A stretch of DNA of 61,151 nucleotides from Nostocaceae cyanobacterium (lineage in GTDB: Bacteria > Cyanobacteriota > Cyanobacteriia > Cyanobacteriales > Nostocaceae), in assembly GCA_035299225.1 (NCBI GenBank), contig DATGXB010000028.1, positions 1 to 61,151 on the forward strand, read 5' to 3'. Made by a program: the position numbers and the translations under genes. The notes beneath the pieces are model-generated. The model saw only the letters and a program-made list of their open reading frames with translations. It did not search any database and was not told where the DNA came from. This document shows, one piece after another, positions 28,537-38,720 of this stretch. The stretch's first letter is position 1. Each line of letters opens with the position of its first letter.

Positions 28537-30543
28537 ATGAAAAAATTTACTGTAAATACAACTTTAACGGGCAAAGTTACAGATGTTCAACCAGAACAAG
28601 ACAGCTTTGTAATAAAATGCCGTAGTGGTGATGAGTTGGAGGTTCACACAGGAAAAGAAACTCAATTTAGATTTGTGAAAAATCTGGATGATATAGAGCG
28701 CGACCGTGTCCCTAGTCCTGATAACTTAAATTCCGCTTCTCCCACCGATTTAGTACGTAAATATATCCAACCTGATACCCTTGTAGTTTTACAGGGTGTA
28801 TATCAAGAAAATAATGGTAGTCGTCACTATGATGCTAAAATTATTAACTTACTGCATTCCTATCGAGGTAAAGATGAATATCTATTTGAGCAAACCCATT
28901 GGTGGCTAACACAAATTGCTCGTCTTGCAGATAGTTGGTTAGGTTATTTATTTCCAGATAAACAAGCTTATGAAATTGATGATTTTGCCCTCTATCGAAC
29001 AAATTTAAATATTATAGGTTTACCTACGGATGATACAATACAGGAATGTGCCACACTTTCTCGACTAATTTATGGTCTTTCTTCGGCTTATTTACTAACT
29101 GGTAGTGAGCGTTATATTTCCGCAGCTAGGGCTGGAGTTCAATATCAGCGCGAAACTTTCCGCAGTTTATCATCTGATGGGAAACATTGTTTTTGGGCTT
29201 TTGGTAAGCGCAAAACTATGTATAGTTATAAGTTATATATGAACTCTTTAAACGATGATGATAGAGACACAATTCCACTTTACGAGCAAATTTATGCCTT
29301 AGCTGGATTGGCTCAATATTATCGGGTTACGTTAGATTGGGAAGTGCTGGATGATATAAAGCGGACTGTTCGCACCTTTAATGATTTCTTCACTGACCCG
29401 GAATCAGAATACGGTAAAAACGCTTATGGAGATTATTTTTCTCACTTAGATTATGTTACCTTAAATTGGGATAGTCCGGCTCTGGGTAACAACCAATCTA
29501 GAAAAAATTGGAACTCTATAGGGGATCATATACCTGCCTATTTAATTAACGTGATTTTGGCATTAGAACCTTTACCAATCACTGATCATGGTAACGAAGA
29601 TATCCGCCAATTTTTAGAGACTTGTAAGAAGATTCTGAAAACAACATCCACAATTATTGTAGATAAGTTTCCCGATCCTGATCCTAATGTTCCGTTTGTG
29701 AATGAACGATTTTTTAGGAATTGGAAGCCTGACCATGAATGGAGATGGCAAAAGAACCGTGCAGTAATTGGACACAATTTAAAGATTGCGTGGAATTTAA
29801 CTCGTGTTGCTAACTATTATTACTGTTTAGCTACTAGTGAAAATGAACCAGAAAGCAAAGAATCAAAACATTTAGCTGACAAGTTGATGAAGTTGGCAGA
29901 TAAGTTAGGAATCAGGATGGCAGAGATTGGTATAGACTTATTTAGAGGGGGAATTTTCGATACTTTAGAGCGTAATCCTCAAAATGGGATGCCATTAGAT
30001 TTTCCTTGGTTCAATACTAAAGACTTTTGGCAACAGGAACAAGCTTTGTTAGCTTATCTGATTCTTCATGGTTGCAGCCAAGAAAGTCATGATCAAAAGC
30101 AGGATTATTTACGGTTAGCAAGAGAAACCGCCGCATTTTGGAATCTGTTCTTTCTCGACTTAGAAAATAAAGGTATTTTCTTCCGAGTTAGCGAAAGTGG
30201 TGATGCAATTACCTTGGGACAGTATGGCAGTAAAGGCGGACATTCTATTTCTGGATATCATGCTTTTGAACTTAATTATTTGGCTCATATTTATATCAGT
30301 GCCTATGTGACGAAAGAACCCTTTTGTTTGTATTTTAAACCTGACAGATATTGTCGCCAGCGATCGCTCAATGTTCTACCGGATTTCTTTAGACCCAATA
30401 CCCTGGAAGTCAGCAGAATCAGTATTGACGGATGCGATCGCACATCCATAGACCCGGATAATTTCCGCATTGAACTGGGAGAAACAGAATTTCAACTGGG
30501 TTCAGCCGCAGAAATCATTGTGGAATTTACACCTAAAAAATAG
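28537..30543 (+). CDS. hypothetical protein, possibly an (alpha/alpha)6-barrel AGE/glycoside-hydrolase-like enzyme
   Basis: The ORF-track start at 28453 is TTG. The in-frame ATG at 28537 has a GGCAGGA ribosome-binding site. Tentative fold assignment only, from an N-terminal beta-rich segment followed by helical-repeat sequence. Confidence 0.3.
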   Translation: MKKFTVNTTLTGKVTDVQPEQDSFVIKCRSGDELEVHTGKETQFRFVKNLDDIERDRVPSPDNLNSASPTDLVRKYIQPDTLVVLQGVYQENNGSRHYDAKIINLLHSYRGKDEYLFEQTHWWLTQIARLADSWLGYLFPDKQAYEIDDFALYRTNLNIIGLPTDDTIQECATLSRLIYGLSSAYLLTGSERYISAARAGVQYQRETFRSLSSDGKHCFWAFGKRKTMYSYKLYMNSLNDDDRDTIPLYEQIYALAGLAQYYRVTLDWEVLDDIKRTVRTFNDFFTDPESEYGKNAYGDYFSHLDYVTLNWDSPALGNNQSRKNWNSIGDHIPAYLINVILALEPLPITDHGNEDIRQFLETCKKILKTTSTIIVDKFPDPDPNVPFVNERFFRNWKPDHEWRWQKNRAVIGHNLKIAWNLTRVANYYYCLATSENEPESKESKHLADKLMKLADKLGIRMAEIGIDLFRGGIFDTLERNPQNGMPLDFPWFNTKDFWQQEQALLAYLILHGCSQESHDQKQDYLRLARETAAFWNLFFLDLENKGIFFRVSESGDAITLGQYGSKGGHSISGYHAFELNYLAHIYISAYVTKEPFCLYFKPDRYCRQRSLNVLPDFFRPNTLEVSRISIDGCDRTSIDPDNFRIELGETEFQLGSAAEIIVEFTPKK

Positions 30544-30553
30544 GCAAGCAGTT

Positions 30554-31213
30554 ATGGCCACCCGAATGCTAGAAGGACGAAAAATTGCCATTCTTGTAGA
30601 AAGTGAATTTATCCCAGAGGAAATTGCCGCCTATCAGCACCGTTTTAGCGAACTTGGGGCAACTGTGCATTTTATGTCTCGGCTATGGGGTTACGAAAGT
30701 CTGCGTTTTGTGAGTGATGTTGATAAGGTGGGCAAGTCCTTGGAATACCTAGATGTAAACATTGATTTTCAGAATGTAGACCTGAATGATTATGCTGCTG
30801 TAATTGTTTCTGCTGGTTATACCAGTGTACGTCTGCGTTATTTTCAGCCTCCGCAAGATTGTCCTATTAGTCCAGAACAGACACGCACAGCGCCAGCAGT
30901 CCAATTTTTTGCCCAAGCAATGGTAAATCCCAAAATTGTCAAAGGGGCGATTTGTCATGGATTATGGCTATTGACACCCATGCCAGAACTATTGCAAGGA
31001 AGAAAAGTTATCTGTCATGAAGTGACCCTTGCAGATATTGCTAATGCTGGTGCCGTTTATGTTCCCTCTGATTCGGGAATCGTGGTGGATGGTGACTTAG
31101 TGACAGGACGATCTGGTGATGATGTGGGTTTATTTATTGAGGCGATCGCTCAACTCATCATCCAAAAAAATGCAGAATCAGCCCAAACCCAGGAATTAGT
31201 AGCTAAATTGTGA
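30554..31213 (+). CDS. DJ-1/PfpI-family protein
   Basis: Nucleophile elbow motif AICHGLWLL plus a DJ-1/PfpI-like flavodoxin fold pattern. Start refined to ATG 30554. Paralog of 33500-34141. Confidence 0.75.
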   Translation: MATRMLEGRKIAILVESEFIPEEIAAYQHRFSELGATVHFMSRLWGYESLRFVSDVDKVGKSLEYLDVNIDFQNVDLNDYAAVIVSAGYTSVRLRYFQPPQDCPISPEQTRTAPAVQFFAQAMVNPKIVKGAICHGLWLLTPMPELLQGRKVICHEVTLADIANAGAVYVPSDSGIVVDGDLVTGRSGDDVGLFIEAIAQLIIQKNAESAQTQELVAKL

Positions 31214-31229
31214 CTTTAGGGAAAAAGAT

Positions 31230-32135
31230 ATGAGAACAGCCAATTATGCACAGCGTGACCAAGCTGCACAAGTCGTTTTTTACGTTCCTTTGTGGAAAAG
31301 AAAGGGAATTTCTTTAGAATTATTCGATGATTATTGGCGTAATGTTCACGGCCCAGTCTGCGCTCGTTTACCAGGTCAATATCAATATTGGCAATTTCAC
31401 GTCGCACACAATGAAGGTGGTATTTGGCCAACTATCGAAGGCATCAACTACAGCACCGATGAAGAAGACCAATTTGATGGCATTGCCGAGTTAACCTTTA
31501 AAACTGTCGAAGACCGTCAGACCTGGTTTCAGGCTTCTACCATTCTCATGGATGACGAACACAACTTATTTCGTCAGGCGATCGGTTATAACACCAACCC
31601 CGGTAACTCCATCACTTATATTGACGGAATTGAAAACCCCACCCCTAACGGTTTATTGGGTGTAGAAAAACTCCATGTCATGCTCAAAAAAACTGATGAT
31701 GTAAGTGTAGAAGACTTCCGCCAATATCTGAAAGAAAGCTTTGTTTCTGAATTAGTCAAAAGTGACTTAGTGCTGAAATTGCGGATACATTTGTTTGAAG
31801 AAGTAGATAATTCCCGTCCCGATGCAGCAGGTGTATCTCATTCTGAAGCACCAGAAAAAAACTATCAAGCAGCTTTGCAAATCGGCTTTTCTAATCCTCT
31901 GGAAATGGAAAGGTTCTTCACTTCCGAAATTTACACCAAAACCACAAAATCCCAAGCGAAATACATCAAACAAATTAGTACATTTCCCGAAAGAACCGCT
32001 TTTACCTTTGTCTACAATGGTCAGATGACATTAGCCGGACAACGCAGTTCTACAGTAGCAGATTTGATTATAAATATAGGAGCAATAAACCAATTACAAG
32101 ATGACATTTCTAACTTAATTCTGGGTAAACGCTAA
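31230..32135 (+). CDS. hypothetical protein, possibly a tandem EthD/Dabb-like (dimeric alpha+beta barrel) domain protein
   Basis: 301 aa. Its two halves each resemble small EthD-like stress/tailoring proteins. Assignment is tentative. Confidence 0.3.
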   Translation: MRTANYAQRDQAAQVVFYVPLWKRKGISLELFDDYWRNVHGPVCARLPGQYQYWQFHVAHNEGGIWPTIEGINYSTDEEDQFDGIAELTFKTVEDRQTWFQASTILMDDEHNLFRQAIGYNTNPGNSITYIDGIENPTPNGLLGVEKLHVMLKKTDDVSVEDFRQYLKESFVSELVKSDLVLKLRIHLFEEVDNSRPDAAGVSHSEAPEKNYQAALQIGFSNPLEMERFFTSEIYTKTTKSQAKYIKQISTFPERTAFTFVYNGQMTLAGQRSSTVADLIINIGAINQLQDDISNLILGKR

Positions 32136-32168
32136 TCAAATTAATGACTTTTTTGATAGGAGAAAATC

Positions 32169-32528
32169 GTGTCTGTCTATTCTCCCAAAAAAAATGCAGT
32201 TCTCGATGATCCACAACTGCAAGCAAATCTGAAAGCCATCAATCCTAAATTTGGAGATTTTGTGATTCGCGTCGCTGGTGAAGCTTGGGGTCTACCATTA
32301 ATTGACCAAAAAACCAAAGCTTTAATTACAATTGCTGTTGATGTAGTGAATCAGGATCATGCTGGCCCAGGAAATCCCTTTGGCGCTCATGTTCAAATGG
32401 CTATGCAGCAAGGCGCTACTCGTGAAGAAATAGAAGAACTATTTTTATTCTTATGCGTCTATGCCGGATTTAATAAAGTAGCTAGTTGTTTTGGGGCTTT
32501 GAATGAATTGTTAGATTCAACAACATAA
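32169..32528 (+). CDS. carboxymuconolactone decarboxylase (CMD/AhpD-like) family protein
   Basis: GTG start preceded by an AGGAGA ribosome-binding site. 119 aa. The AhpD-like core (AGEAWGLPLIDQKTKALITIAVDVVNQDHAGPG...HVQMAMQQGATREEI) matches the CMD family pattern. Confidence 0.65.
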   Translation: MSVYSPKKNAVLDDPQLQANLKAINPKFGDFVIRVAGEAWGLPLIDQKTKALITIAVDVVNQDHAGPGNPFGAHVQMAMQQGATREEIEELFLFLCVYAGFNKVASCFGALNELLDSTT

Positions 32529-32650
32529 TTACTAAAGGAAGTAATTGATTTTTGTAGATGGAATTTTTTACTTTTTTTCTCCAAAATCATCATCAAATTT
32601 TGTTGTCTGAATCTCACAAAAAGAGAAAATTATGAAGTTGGTAATAATTT

Positions 32651-33259
32651 ATGAAACGCTGTATCAATTATTATCAAAATTTAATCGCTGATTATTCAAA
32701 AACAGGGTTAGTTTCTCCAGAATTAGCCGAAAAGCTCATTTTTGAAGCTGAAAAATTTATTGCTTTAAAAGAAGACCATTTTCCCGAAATCACTCCCGAT
32801 TATTCATTAGAACAGATTGAACAAGAAAATAAAGCTTGGTGGCCTACTCATTGTGAGGCATTGAGACAGGGTAGAGGAGATATTTTAACTGGAGAATATC
32901 GCCAAGAATTGGTTTATTTTTGTCAAGATGGCCCATACTACGGATTAGAACAACAAAAAGAAAGGGAGCAGCATTGGTGGGCTTTAATCGCTCAACCTGG
33001 TGTAACTATGTGCTGGCCAATTGTCATGTTTCATGGTGAATTTGTTTGGTTTGAATGGAATTGTTTAGATAATGAAACTAACGAAACAATTGCTAAAGGT
33101 AGTGTTGCTTGGTTGCGTCGAGGTCATCGTGGTGGATGTTATATCAAGGGTGAACAATTGACTTTTTATCGTGATGTTTTTGCTCCTAATGAACTTTTGA
33201 AATTAATGAGTACATCTAGTACAACAAGTCAAAGGTCAAAAGTCAAAAGTCAAAAATAG
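32651..33259 (+). CDS. hypothetical protein (possible NTF2/SnoaL-like fold) with STR-encoded C-terminus
   Basis: 202 aa. The last 10 codons are encoded by GTCAAAR heptamer repeats (33228-33255). Confidence 0.3.
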   Translation: MKRCINYYQNLIADYSKTGLVSPELAEKLIFEAEKFIALKEDHFPEITPDYSLEQIEQENKAWWPTHCEALRQGRGDILTGEYRQELVYFCQDGPYYGLEQQKEREQHWWALIAQPGVTMCWPIVMFHGEFVWFEWNCLDNETNETIAKGSVAWLRRGHRGGCYIKGEQLTFYRDVFAPNELLKLMSTSSTTSQRSKVKSQK

Positions 33260-33336
33260 AAAAAGCTTGTCTAATAACCCTTTCAGACTTTTGAGGCTGG
33301 TTGCTTATTTCCACAATTCTGCACTAGGTAAATTCA

Positions 33337-33409
33337 TAAGGTGGGCATTTCCTATCATTTTTCGTTTGGAATTAGAATTTTTTTCAAAAATACCCACCCT
33401 ACACATACT
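33337..33409 (+). repeat. copy B of the MITE-like hairpin element
   Basis: TAAGGTGGGCATTT ... AAAAATACCCACCCTACACATACT. Ends 91 bp upstream of ATG 33500. A (CCCTGTT)10 array follows directly. Confidence 0.6.
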
Positions 33410-33412
33410 TTC

Positions 33413-33483
33413 ACCCCTGTTCCCTGTTCCCTGTTCCCTGTTCCCTGTTCCCTGTTCCCTGTTCCCTGTTCCCTGTTCCCTGT
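33413..33483. repeat. perfect (CCCTGTT)10 heptamer array in 5' leader
   Basis: Ten uninterrupted copies, ending 17 bp before the DJ-1 paralog start codon. Confidence 0.9.
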
Positions 33484-33499
33484 TATAAATACAAAATTA

Positions 33500-34141
33500 A
33501 TGGAGGATAATATGGCTACTAATAGTAAAGGTAAAATAGGTGTACTGATTGAAGAACATTTTGACCCCTTTGAGTTTCGGTCTTTTAATGAATACTTTCC
33601 TCAACAGGGTTATCAAGTTGAATATATTTCTCACTTATGGGGAAATAAAGCAATAACTTTTCACGCTAATTCAGAAGATGGAGTTATTAAAGAACAGGTA
33701 ACTGTAACTACAGAGGTTAATGATATTAATCCTGCCGATTATAAAGCGATAATTTGTATTGGTGCTTACGCTATGGATCGGTTGAGATATGAGGTAAATG
33801 TCAGAAAGGGTGAACCAAATCAAGCACCAGCAGTTGTGTTTATTCGTCAAGCTATGCAAGAACCTAATGTGAAAATAGGGGTAATTTGTCATGGGTTATG
33901 GCTACTTTGTGCTGCGGATATTTTGGAAAATCGGCGAGTAACTTGTGCTCATAATATTTTGGTGGATGTGGAAAATGCTGGGGCGGATATTATCTACGAA
34001 AATGATTTAGCTGCTGATATTGTGATTGATGAAAATTTAGTTACGGGCAGACATCCTGACCTTGTATATAAGTTCATGGAAACTTTGGTGAGAGAAGTTG
34101 AGAATAAGCAGCGCAGTCTTCATGCTGCTATGACTGTTTAA
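33500..34141 (+). CDS. DJ-1/PfpI-family protein (paralog of 30554-31213)
   Basis: VICHGLWLL nucleophile elbow. Shared HLWG and RLRY motifs. The ORF-track start at 33341 reads through the STR, so the ATG at 33500 is the more likely start. Confidence 0.75.
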   Translation: MEDNMATNSKGKIGVLIEEHFDPFEFRSFNEYFPQQGYQVEYISHLWGNKAITFHANSEDGVIKEQVTVTTEVNDINPADYKAIICIGAYAMDRLRYEVNVRKGEPNQAPAVVFIRQAMQEPNVKIGVICHGLWLLCAADILENRRVTCAHNILVDVENAGADIIYENDLAADIVIDENLVTGRHPDLVYKFMETLVREVENKQRSLHAAMTV

Positions 34142-34275
34142 AGTTTTTATAGCAGGGAACAGGGAACAGGGAACAGGGTTAAAAGTCTCTTGCTATAAGC
34201 TTTGTTCCAAAAATTTGTACCTCATATACCTGAAACGTGCTGTAGTTTCTGAATGCTCAAAAAGGGATATCAATT

Positions 34276-36804
34276 ATGGCTAAGATTCCCGTGCAGTTTA
34301 CCTATTTTACAGGTATTAAAAGAGCAATTTTTAGTAATCTTCGTTTAATAGGCAGTTGGGATGAAAAAGGTCGCTATTCTCAACAATGGCAATCTTTAGA
34401 TATGCAACCAATGACAGGGGAAGATGGTTGTCCCTGCTTTACAGCAACAGTGGAGTTTGATGATTCTCAAATTGGTTGGTTATTTCGCTGGGGTGTAATG
34501 CTAGATTGTCCCGCAGGTAATAATTTGTGGGGTATCCCAACGGAGATTCACGATCGCAATTCAAGCGATCGCTATCGCACTTTTTCTTTACAATCTGCTA
34601 ATGCTACTCACCCTCAACAAGAAATATATTATCTATCTGATAGTCGCCAACTAGGATCACAAAAATATTATCTTCCTGGCCAATCTCAACCAAGTATCCG
34701 CTTTGCTGTCTGGTCGCCAAATGCCCAAAATGTAGAAGTTGTATTTGGTAACACCAGTAGCGGTTATATTGCTGATGATTATTTTCACAATGATCCTGAT
34801 TTTGGCATGAATCCTGACTTGGGCCCATTTCCCATGTTCAGAAACCAGGAGGGGATTTGGCAAACTGATGTGCAAGTATCACCAGAATTAACCGATTTCT
34901 CCCGTTTTGATCATCTTCCTTATATGTTCAGAATTGTGAATGAGGGAGGACGGGTGGTTTATCGTACTGATTTATATTCTCGTTGTCAAATTGGGAAAGG
35001 TAATGTTAATCCTGATGGTAAACCTTTCTCTTCTAGATATGCAGATAAATACGGTAAACCCTTTTCAGGAGATTATCAAGATTTAGATGGGACTAAAAGT
35101 TGTTCTGTGGTGATTAATCCAGATACGGTAACTAGACAGTTTCTTGAACCGGACTGGTCAAAATTAGAATTTATCCCAGCAGAAGAGTTTTGGAGTCATG
35201 AGTTTTCACTGGAAAAACCTGTTCCCCAGCGTGTGGAAGATTTAGTTATTTATGAACTTCATGTCGGGTCATTAGGGTATGGTCATGATAAACCGGGAAA
35301 TTTTGCGGATGCGATCGCTTTATTACCCTATTTAGTCGAATTGGGAGTTAATGCTGTCGAACTTTTACCAATGGCAGAATTTCGAGATGAGGTCAACTGG
35401 GGATATGAAACATCTCACTATTTTGCCCTAGAATATAGCGCCGGTGGTCGAGATCAACTAAAGCATTTTATCAGAGAATGCCATCGTCATGGGATTGCAG
35501 TCATTTTAGATGTAGTGTACAACCATTTCAATCCTGATGGTGAACGGGCAGAATGGGCTTATGATTCGGATCTTCCCGAACATAATTTCTATTACTGGTA
35601 TGAAGGCAATTCTACTGATTACTTCTACCCAGATGGTAAACCTTTCCCGGAAGGTGGCTATGTTGATAATATGTCTACCGGTTACGCACCTCGATTTTAT
35701 GAAGAGAAGGTGCGACAAATGTTTATTAGCAGTGCAGTAGCTCTAATTGAGGAATTTCATGTAGATGGATTCCGGGTTGATCAAACCACTTCCATGCACC
35801 TATACAACCAACTGCACGCCGATGGTAGACCTGTGGGTAATGCTAATATTTTTGGGGCTAAGTTCCTGCGAGAATGGACAAGGACAATGAAGCTAATCCG
35901 ACCAAATGCCATTCTCATTGCTGAGGATCATTCTGATTGGGAAGCAGTGACTCAATTACCTGATGTTGGCGGTTTGGGCTTTGATGCGGCTTGGTATGCC
36001 AACTTTTATCATCATTTAATTGGTGATGCTAGACCAGGAACAGAATACGCCAAATTAATTCCTACTGCTGGATACGGTACAGACGAACCTCTAGCTATGG
36101 ATAAATTTGCTGGGGTGCTCGGCTGGTCTGGTCATAACAAGGTTGTCTACCATGAATCCCATGATGAAGCAGGTAATTCTTATTATGAACTAGGAGGCCA
36201 GAGAGTTGAATCTAGGCGGACGATAGTAGCGGCGGTTAATGCAGCGCCCCTGATTGGTGAAACGCGACGTTATGGTGAAGCCCGTTCTCGCTTTGCTTTT
36301 GGAATGTCTGTATTGTCGGCTGGTACGCCAATGTTTTTGATGGGTGAGGAAATTGGCGCACAACAACCCTACAGATACAGCGATTTTATCAATAACCGAG
36401 AGGATTTATTAGGCGATCGCCTAACTCATGGTCAACATCTATTCCGGTTTTACCAAGACCTGATTCACTTGCGGCTTAATCATCAAGGACTCCGTTCTCA
36501 CTGGATTGATCTGATCCATGTTCATAATGCCAATCGCGTTATTGCCTTCAAACGTTGGGACGTAAGTGAAGAATTATTGATTGTAGCTAGTTTAAATAAT
36601 CACCCCTTCCATTCAGGTTATACCATTAACAATTCCCGAATCGGAGATGGTCAATGGCGGGAAATATTCAATAGTGATGCCTCACTCTACGGAGGAGATA
36701 ATATCGGCAACTTTGGATCTTCTATTTCTGCAAATAATGGATCTATTCATCCCATCATCCCCGCTAACGGATTTGTTGTGTTCCGCAAACTCACTACCCT
36801 TTAG
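34276..36804 (+). CDS. GH13 alpha-amylase-family glycoside hydrolase with ~300-aa N-terminal extension
   Basis: GH13 conserved regions AVILDVVYNHF (region I), GFRVDQTTSMH (region II, Asp nucleophile), and a catalytic-domain Glu/Asp pattern downstream. 842 aa. Confidence 0.75.
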   Translation: MAKIPVQFTYFTGIKRAIFSNLRLIGSWDEKGRYSQQWQSLDMQPMTGEDGCPCFTATVEFDDSQIGWLFRWGVMLDCPAGNNLWGIPTEIHDRNSSDRYRTFSLQSANATHPQQEIYYLSDSRQLGSQKYYLPGQSQPSIRFAVWSPNAQNVEVVFGNTSSGYIADDYFHNDPDFGMNPDLGPFPMFRNQEGIWQTDVQVSPELTDFSRFDHLPYMFRIVNEGGRVVYRTDLYSRCQIGKGNVNPDGKPFSSRYADKYGKPFSGDYQDLDGTKSCSVVINPDTVTRQFLEPDWSKLEFIPAEEFWSHEFSLEKPVPQRVEDLVIYELHVGSLGYGHDKPGNFADAIALLPYLVELGVNAVELLPMAEFRDEVNWGYETSHYFALEYSAGGRDQLKHFIRECHRHGIAVILDVVYNHFNPDGERAEWAYDSDLPEHNFYYWYEGNSTDYFYPDGKPFPEGGYVDNMSTGYAPRFYEEKVRQMFISSAVALIEEFHVDGFRVDQTTSMHLYNQLHADGRPVGNANIFGAKFLREWTRTMKLIRPNAILIAEDHSDWEAVTQLPDVGGLGFDAAWYANFYHHLIGDARPGTEYAKLIPTAGYGTDEPLAMDKFAGVLGWSGHNKVVYHESHDEAGNSYYELGGQRVESRRTIVAAVNAAPLIGETRRYGEARSRFAFGMSVLSAGTPMFLMGEEIGAQQPYRYSDFINNREDLLGDRLTHGQHLFRFYQDLIHLRLNHQGLRSHWIDLIHVHNANRVIAFKRWDVSEELLIVASLNNHPFHSGYTINNSRIGDGQWREIFNSDASLYGGDNIGNFGSSISANNGSIHPIIPANGFVVFRKLTTL

Positions 36805-36840
36805 ATAAGCAGTTGTGCAAAATTAATTTCCTACCTGAGA

Positions 36841-37000
36841 ATAGGGAACAGGGAACAGGGAACAGGGAACAGGGGGAATAAGTTGTGTAATTAATTCTGC
36901 CTAATTACTTATTGCCAGCGCAGGGATTTTCCACTTCAGGACAAATACAGTATTCAGGTCTTCTTACCTCCTGCCTCCTGCCTTCTGCCTTCTGCCTTCT
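36841..37000. repeat. STR block: (GGGAACA)4, hairpin leader (minus orientation, 36887-36908), (CCTGCCT/CTGCCTT) array
   Basis: Read directly. The C-rich array ends 4 nt before the stop codon of the minus-strand NDH-2 gene. Confidence 0.85.
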
Positions 37001-37004
37001 GAAA

Positions 37005-38372
37005 CTAAACATTTACTGGCTGTCTATCTTTAGCTGGTGTGTAATTAGTTGTGGTATTACTGTCTTCAGCTTGAGCAAATGCTAAGGCTTCTTCACCTGT
37101 AATCAATCTCGCGCTACGTTTACGGGTGATGTAATTCCATGCCCACTGAATGATCACTAAGATTTTGTGGTCAAACTCAATCAAGAAATAGATGTGAATG
37201 ACTAACCAGAATAACCAAGCAAAGTAACCTGTCAACTTGAGAGGACCGATGTCTACAACAGCTGAATTTTTAGCAATCATCGCTAGACTGCCGTGATCAG
37301 TATATTTGAATGGTGCCAGAGTTTTCTTTTGTAGACGTTTTTGAATTAATGCAGCGACGTATTCACCTTCTTGTTTAGCAACGGGTGCAACTCCAGGTAG
37401 GGGTTGACCGGTTTGGTGAGAGAAGTTGGCCAAGTCTCCCACAACGAAAATATTTCTGTGTCCCTGAATACTTAAGTCTGGTTCAACAATTACTCGTCCA
37501 GAGCGATCGCATTCTACACCAGTCCGTTCAGCTAAAACTTTACCGATTGCTGAACCTTGCACACCTGCTGCCCACAATACAGTTTTTGAGGCAATTTCTT
37601 GGACTTTATCACCCTGTTTAAAAGTCACAACATCATTTTCAATATTGGTAACTCTGGTTTGAGTGTGCAGTTCTACACCTAACTTCCGCAAAGATTTTGC
37701 TGCTGCTTGGGATAACTCTGGGGAAATGTGTGGCAGAACTCGATCAGGCCCTTGTAGGAGTAAGATTTTTGCTTCTGAAGTGTCAATGTTGCGGAAATCT
37801 TCTTTGAGGGTTTTGTAAGCTAATTCAGCGATCGCACCCGCCAATTCTACCCCAGTAGGCCCACCCCCGACAATCACAAAAGTCAACAAAGCACGACGTT
37901 TTTCAGGATCAGTTTCTTTTTCTGCTGCTTCAAATGCTAGAAATATCCGACGACGCATTTCGATCGCATCTTCCACAGTTTTCAAGCCGGGTGCCAATTC
38001 TTTCCAGTTATCCTTACCAAAATAAGAGTGATTAGCACCTGTAGCGATAATTAATGTATCATAAGGTACTGATTTATCACCCAAAATAACTTGTTGGGCT
38101 GTGGGATCAATATCATTTACTTCTCCCAGCAAAACTTGTGTATTCTTGCTTTTGCTGAGTACACCCCGTAATGGAGAAGAAATATCAGCAGGTGATAGTG
38201 TACCTGTAGCAACTTGATATAAAAGCGGCTGGAATAAATGAAAGTTACGTTTATCAATCAAAGTAATTTCTACATTCGCTTTCTTCAAAGCCTTGGCTGC
38301 ATACAGTCCACCAAAGCCACCACCGACGATTACAACTTTATGCTTTGGATGATTCTCAAGTGAAGCTACCAT
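37005..38372 (-). CDS. ndbA: type II NAD(P)H dehydrogenase (NDH-2, FAD-dependent pyridine nucleotide-disulfide oxidoreductase)
   Basis: Two dinucleotide-binding motifs (VVIVGGGFGGLYAAKAL; FVIVGGGPTGVELAGAI) and a C-terminal membrane-anchoring helix. Confidence 0.8.
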   Translation of the reverse strand: MVASLENHPKHKVVIVGGGFGGLYAAKALKKANVEITLIDKRNFHLFQPLLYQVATGTLSPADISSPLRGVLSKSKNTQVLLGEVNDIDPTAQQVILGDKSVPYDTLIIATGANHSYFGKDNWKELAPGLKTVEDAIEMRRRIFLAFEAAEKETDPEKRRALLTFVIVGGGPTGVELAGAIAELAYKTLKEDFRNIDTSEAKILLLQGPDRVLPHISPELSQAAAKSLRKLGVELHTQTRVTNIENDVVTFKQGDKVQEIASKTVLWAAGVQGSAIGKVLAERTGVECDRSGRVIVEPDLSIQGHRNIFVVGDLANFSHQTGQPLPGVAPVAKQEGEYVAALIQKRLQKKTLAPFKYTDHGSLAMIAKNSAVVDIGPLKLTGYFAWLFWLVIHIYFLIEFDHKILVIIQWAWNYITRKRSARLITGEEALAFAQAEDSNTTTNYTPAKDRQPVNV

Positions 38373-38720
38373 AAGTAATATTTCCTTGTGTTAAGAGCGT
38401 GTAACTATTCTTAACAAAGATGTAACAAAATCATGATATTTATTGCAGCTTGATTTGAACAATTGTAAAAATCATGAAATTAATCAAAGTTACAATTAGT
38501 AAAGTGTTGACTAAAAATACCTATTACCAAAATCTTCCTTTAAAATCCTGAAACCCTAGTTTTATAAACATCTTAGGAATTAAAGGGTTAAAGCATACTT
38601 GATAAATTAGCACTTATGCCTATCGTTAAAAATGCGTTTTTATTGAGAATTAAAGATTAACTAATCAGGATTATTCCGTGAGTAACGACTCTCACAAAAT
38701 ATTAAGCCAGATGCCGTTAA

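Noticed and set aside
33385-33409. NtcA-type binding site (GTA-N8-TAC) within the conserved MITE arm upstream of three genes
   Set aside because: The arm contains TACAC and CATACT but no GTA-N8-TAC dyad with correct spacing. The extended similarity of 70+ bp, including an inverted partner arm, argues for a dispersed element rather than a simple operator.
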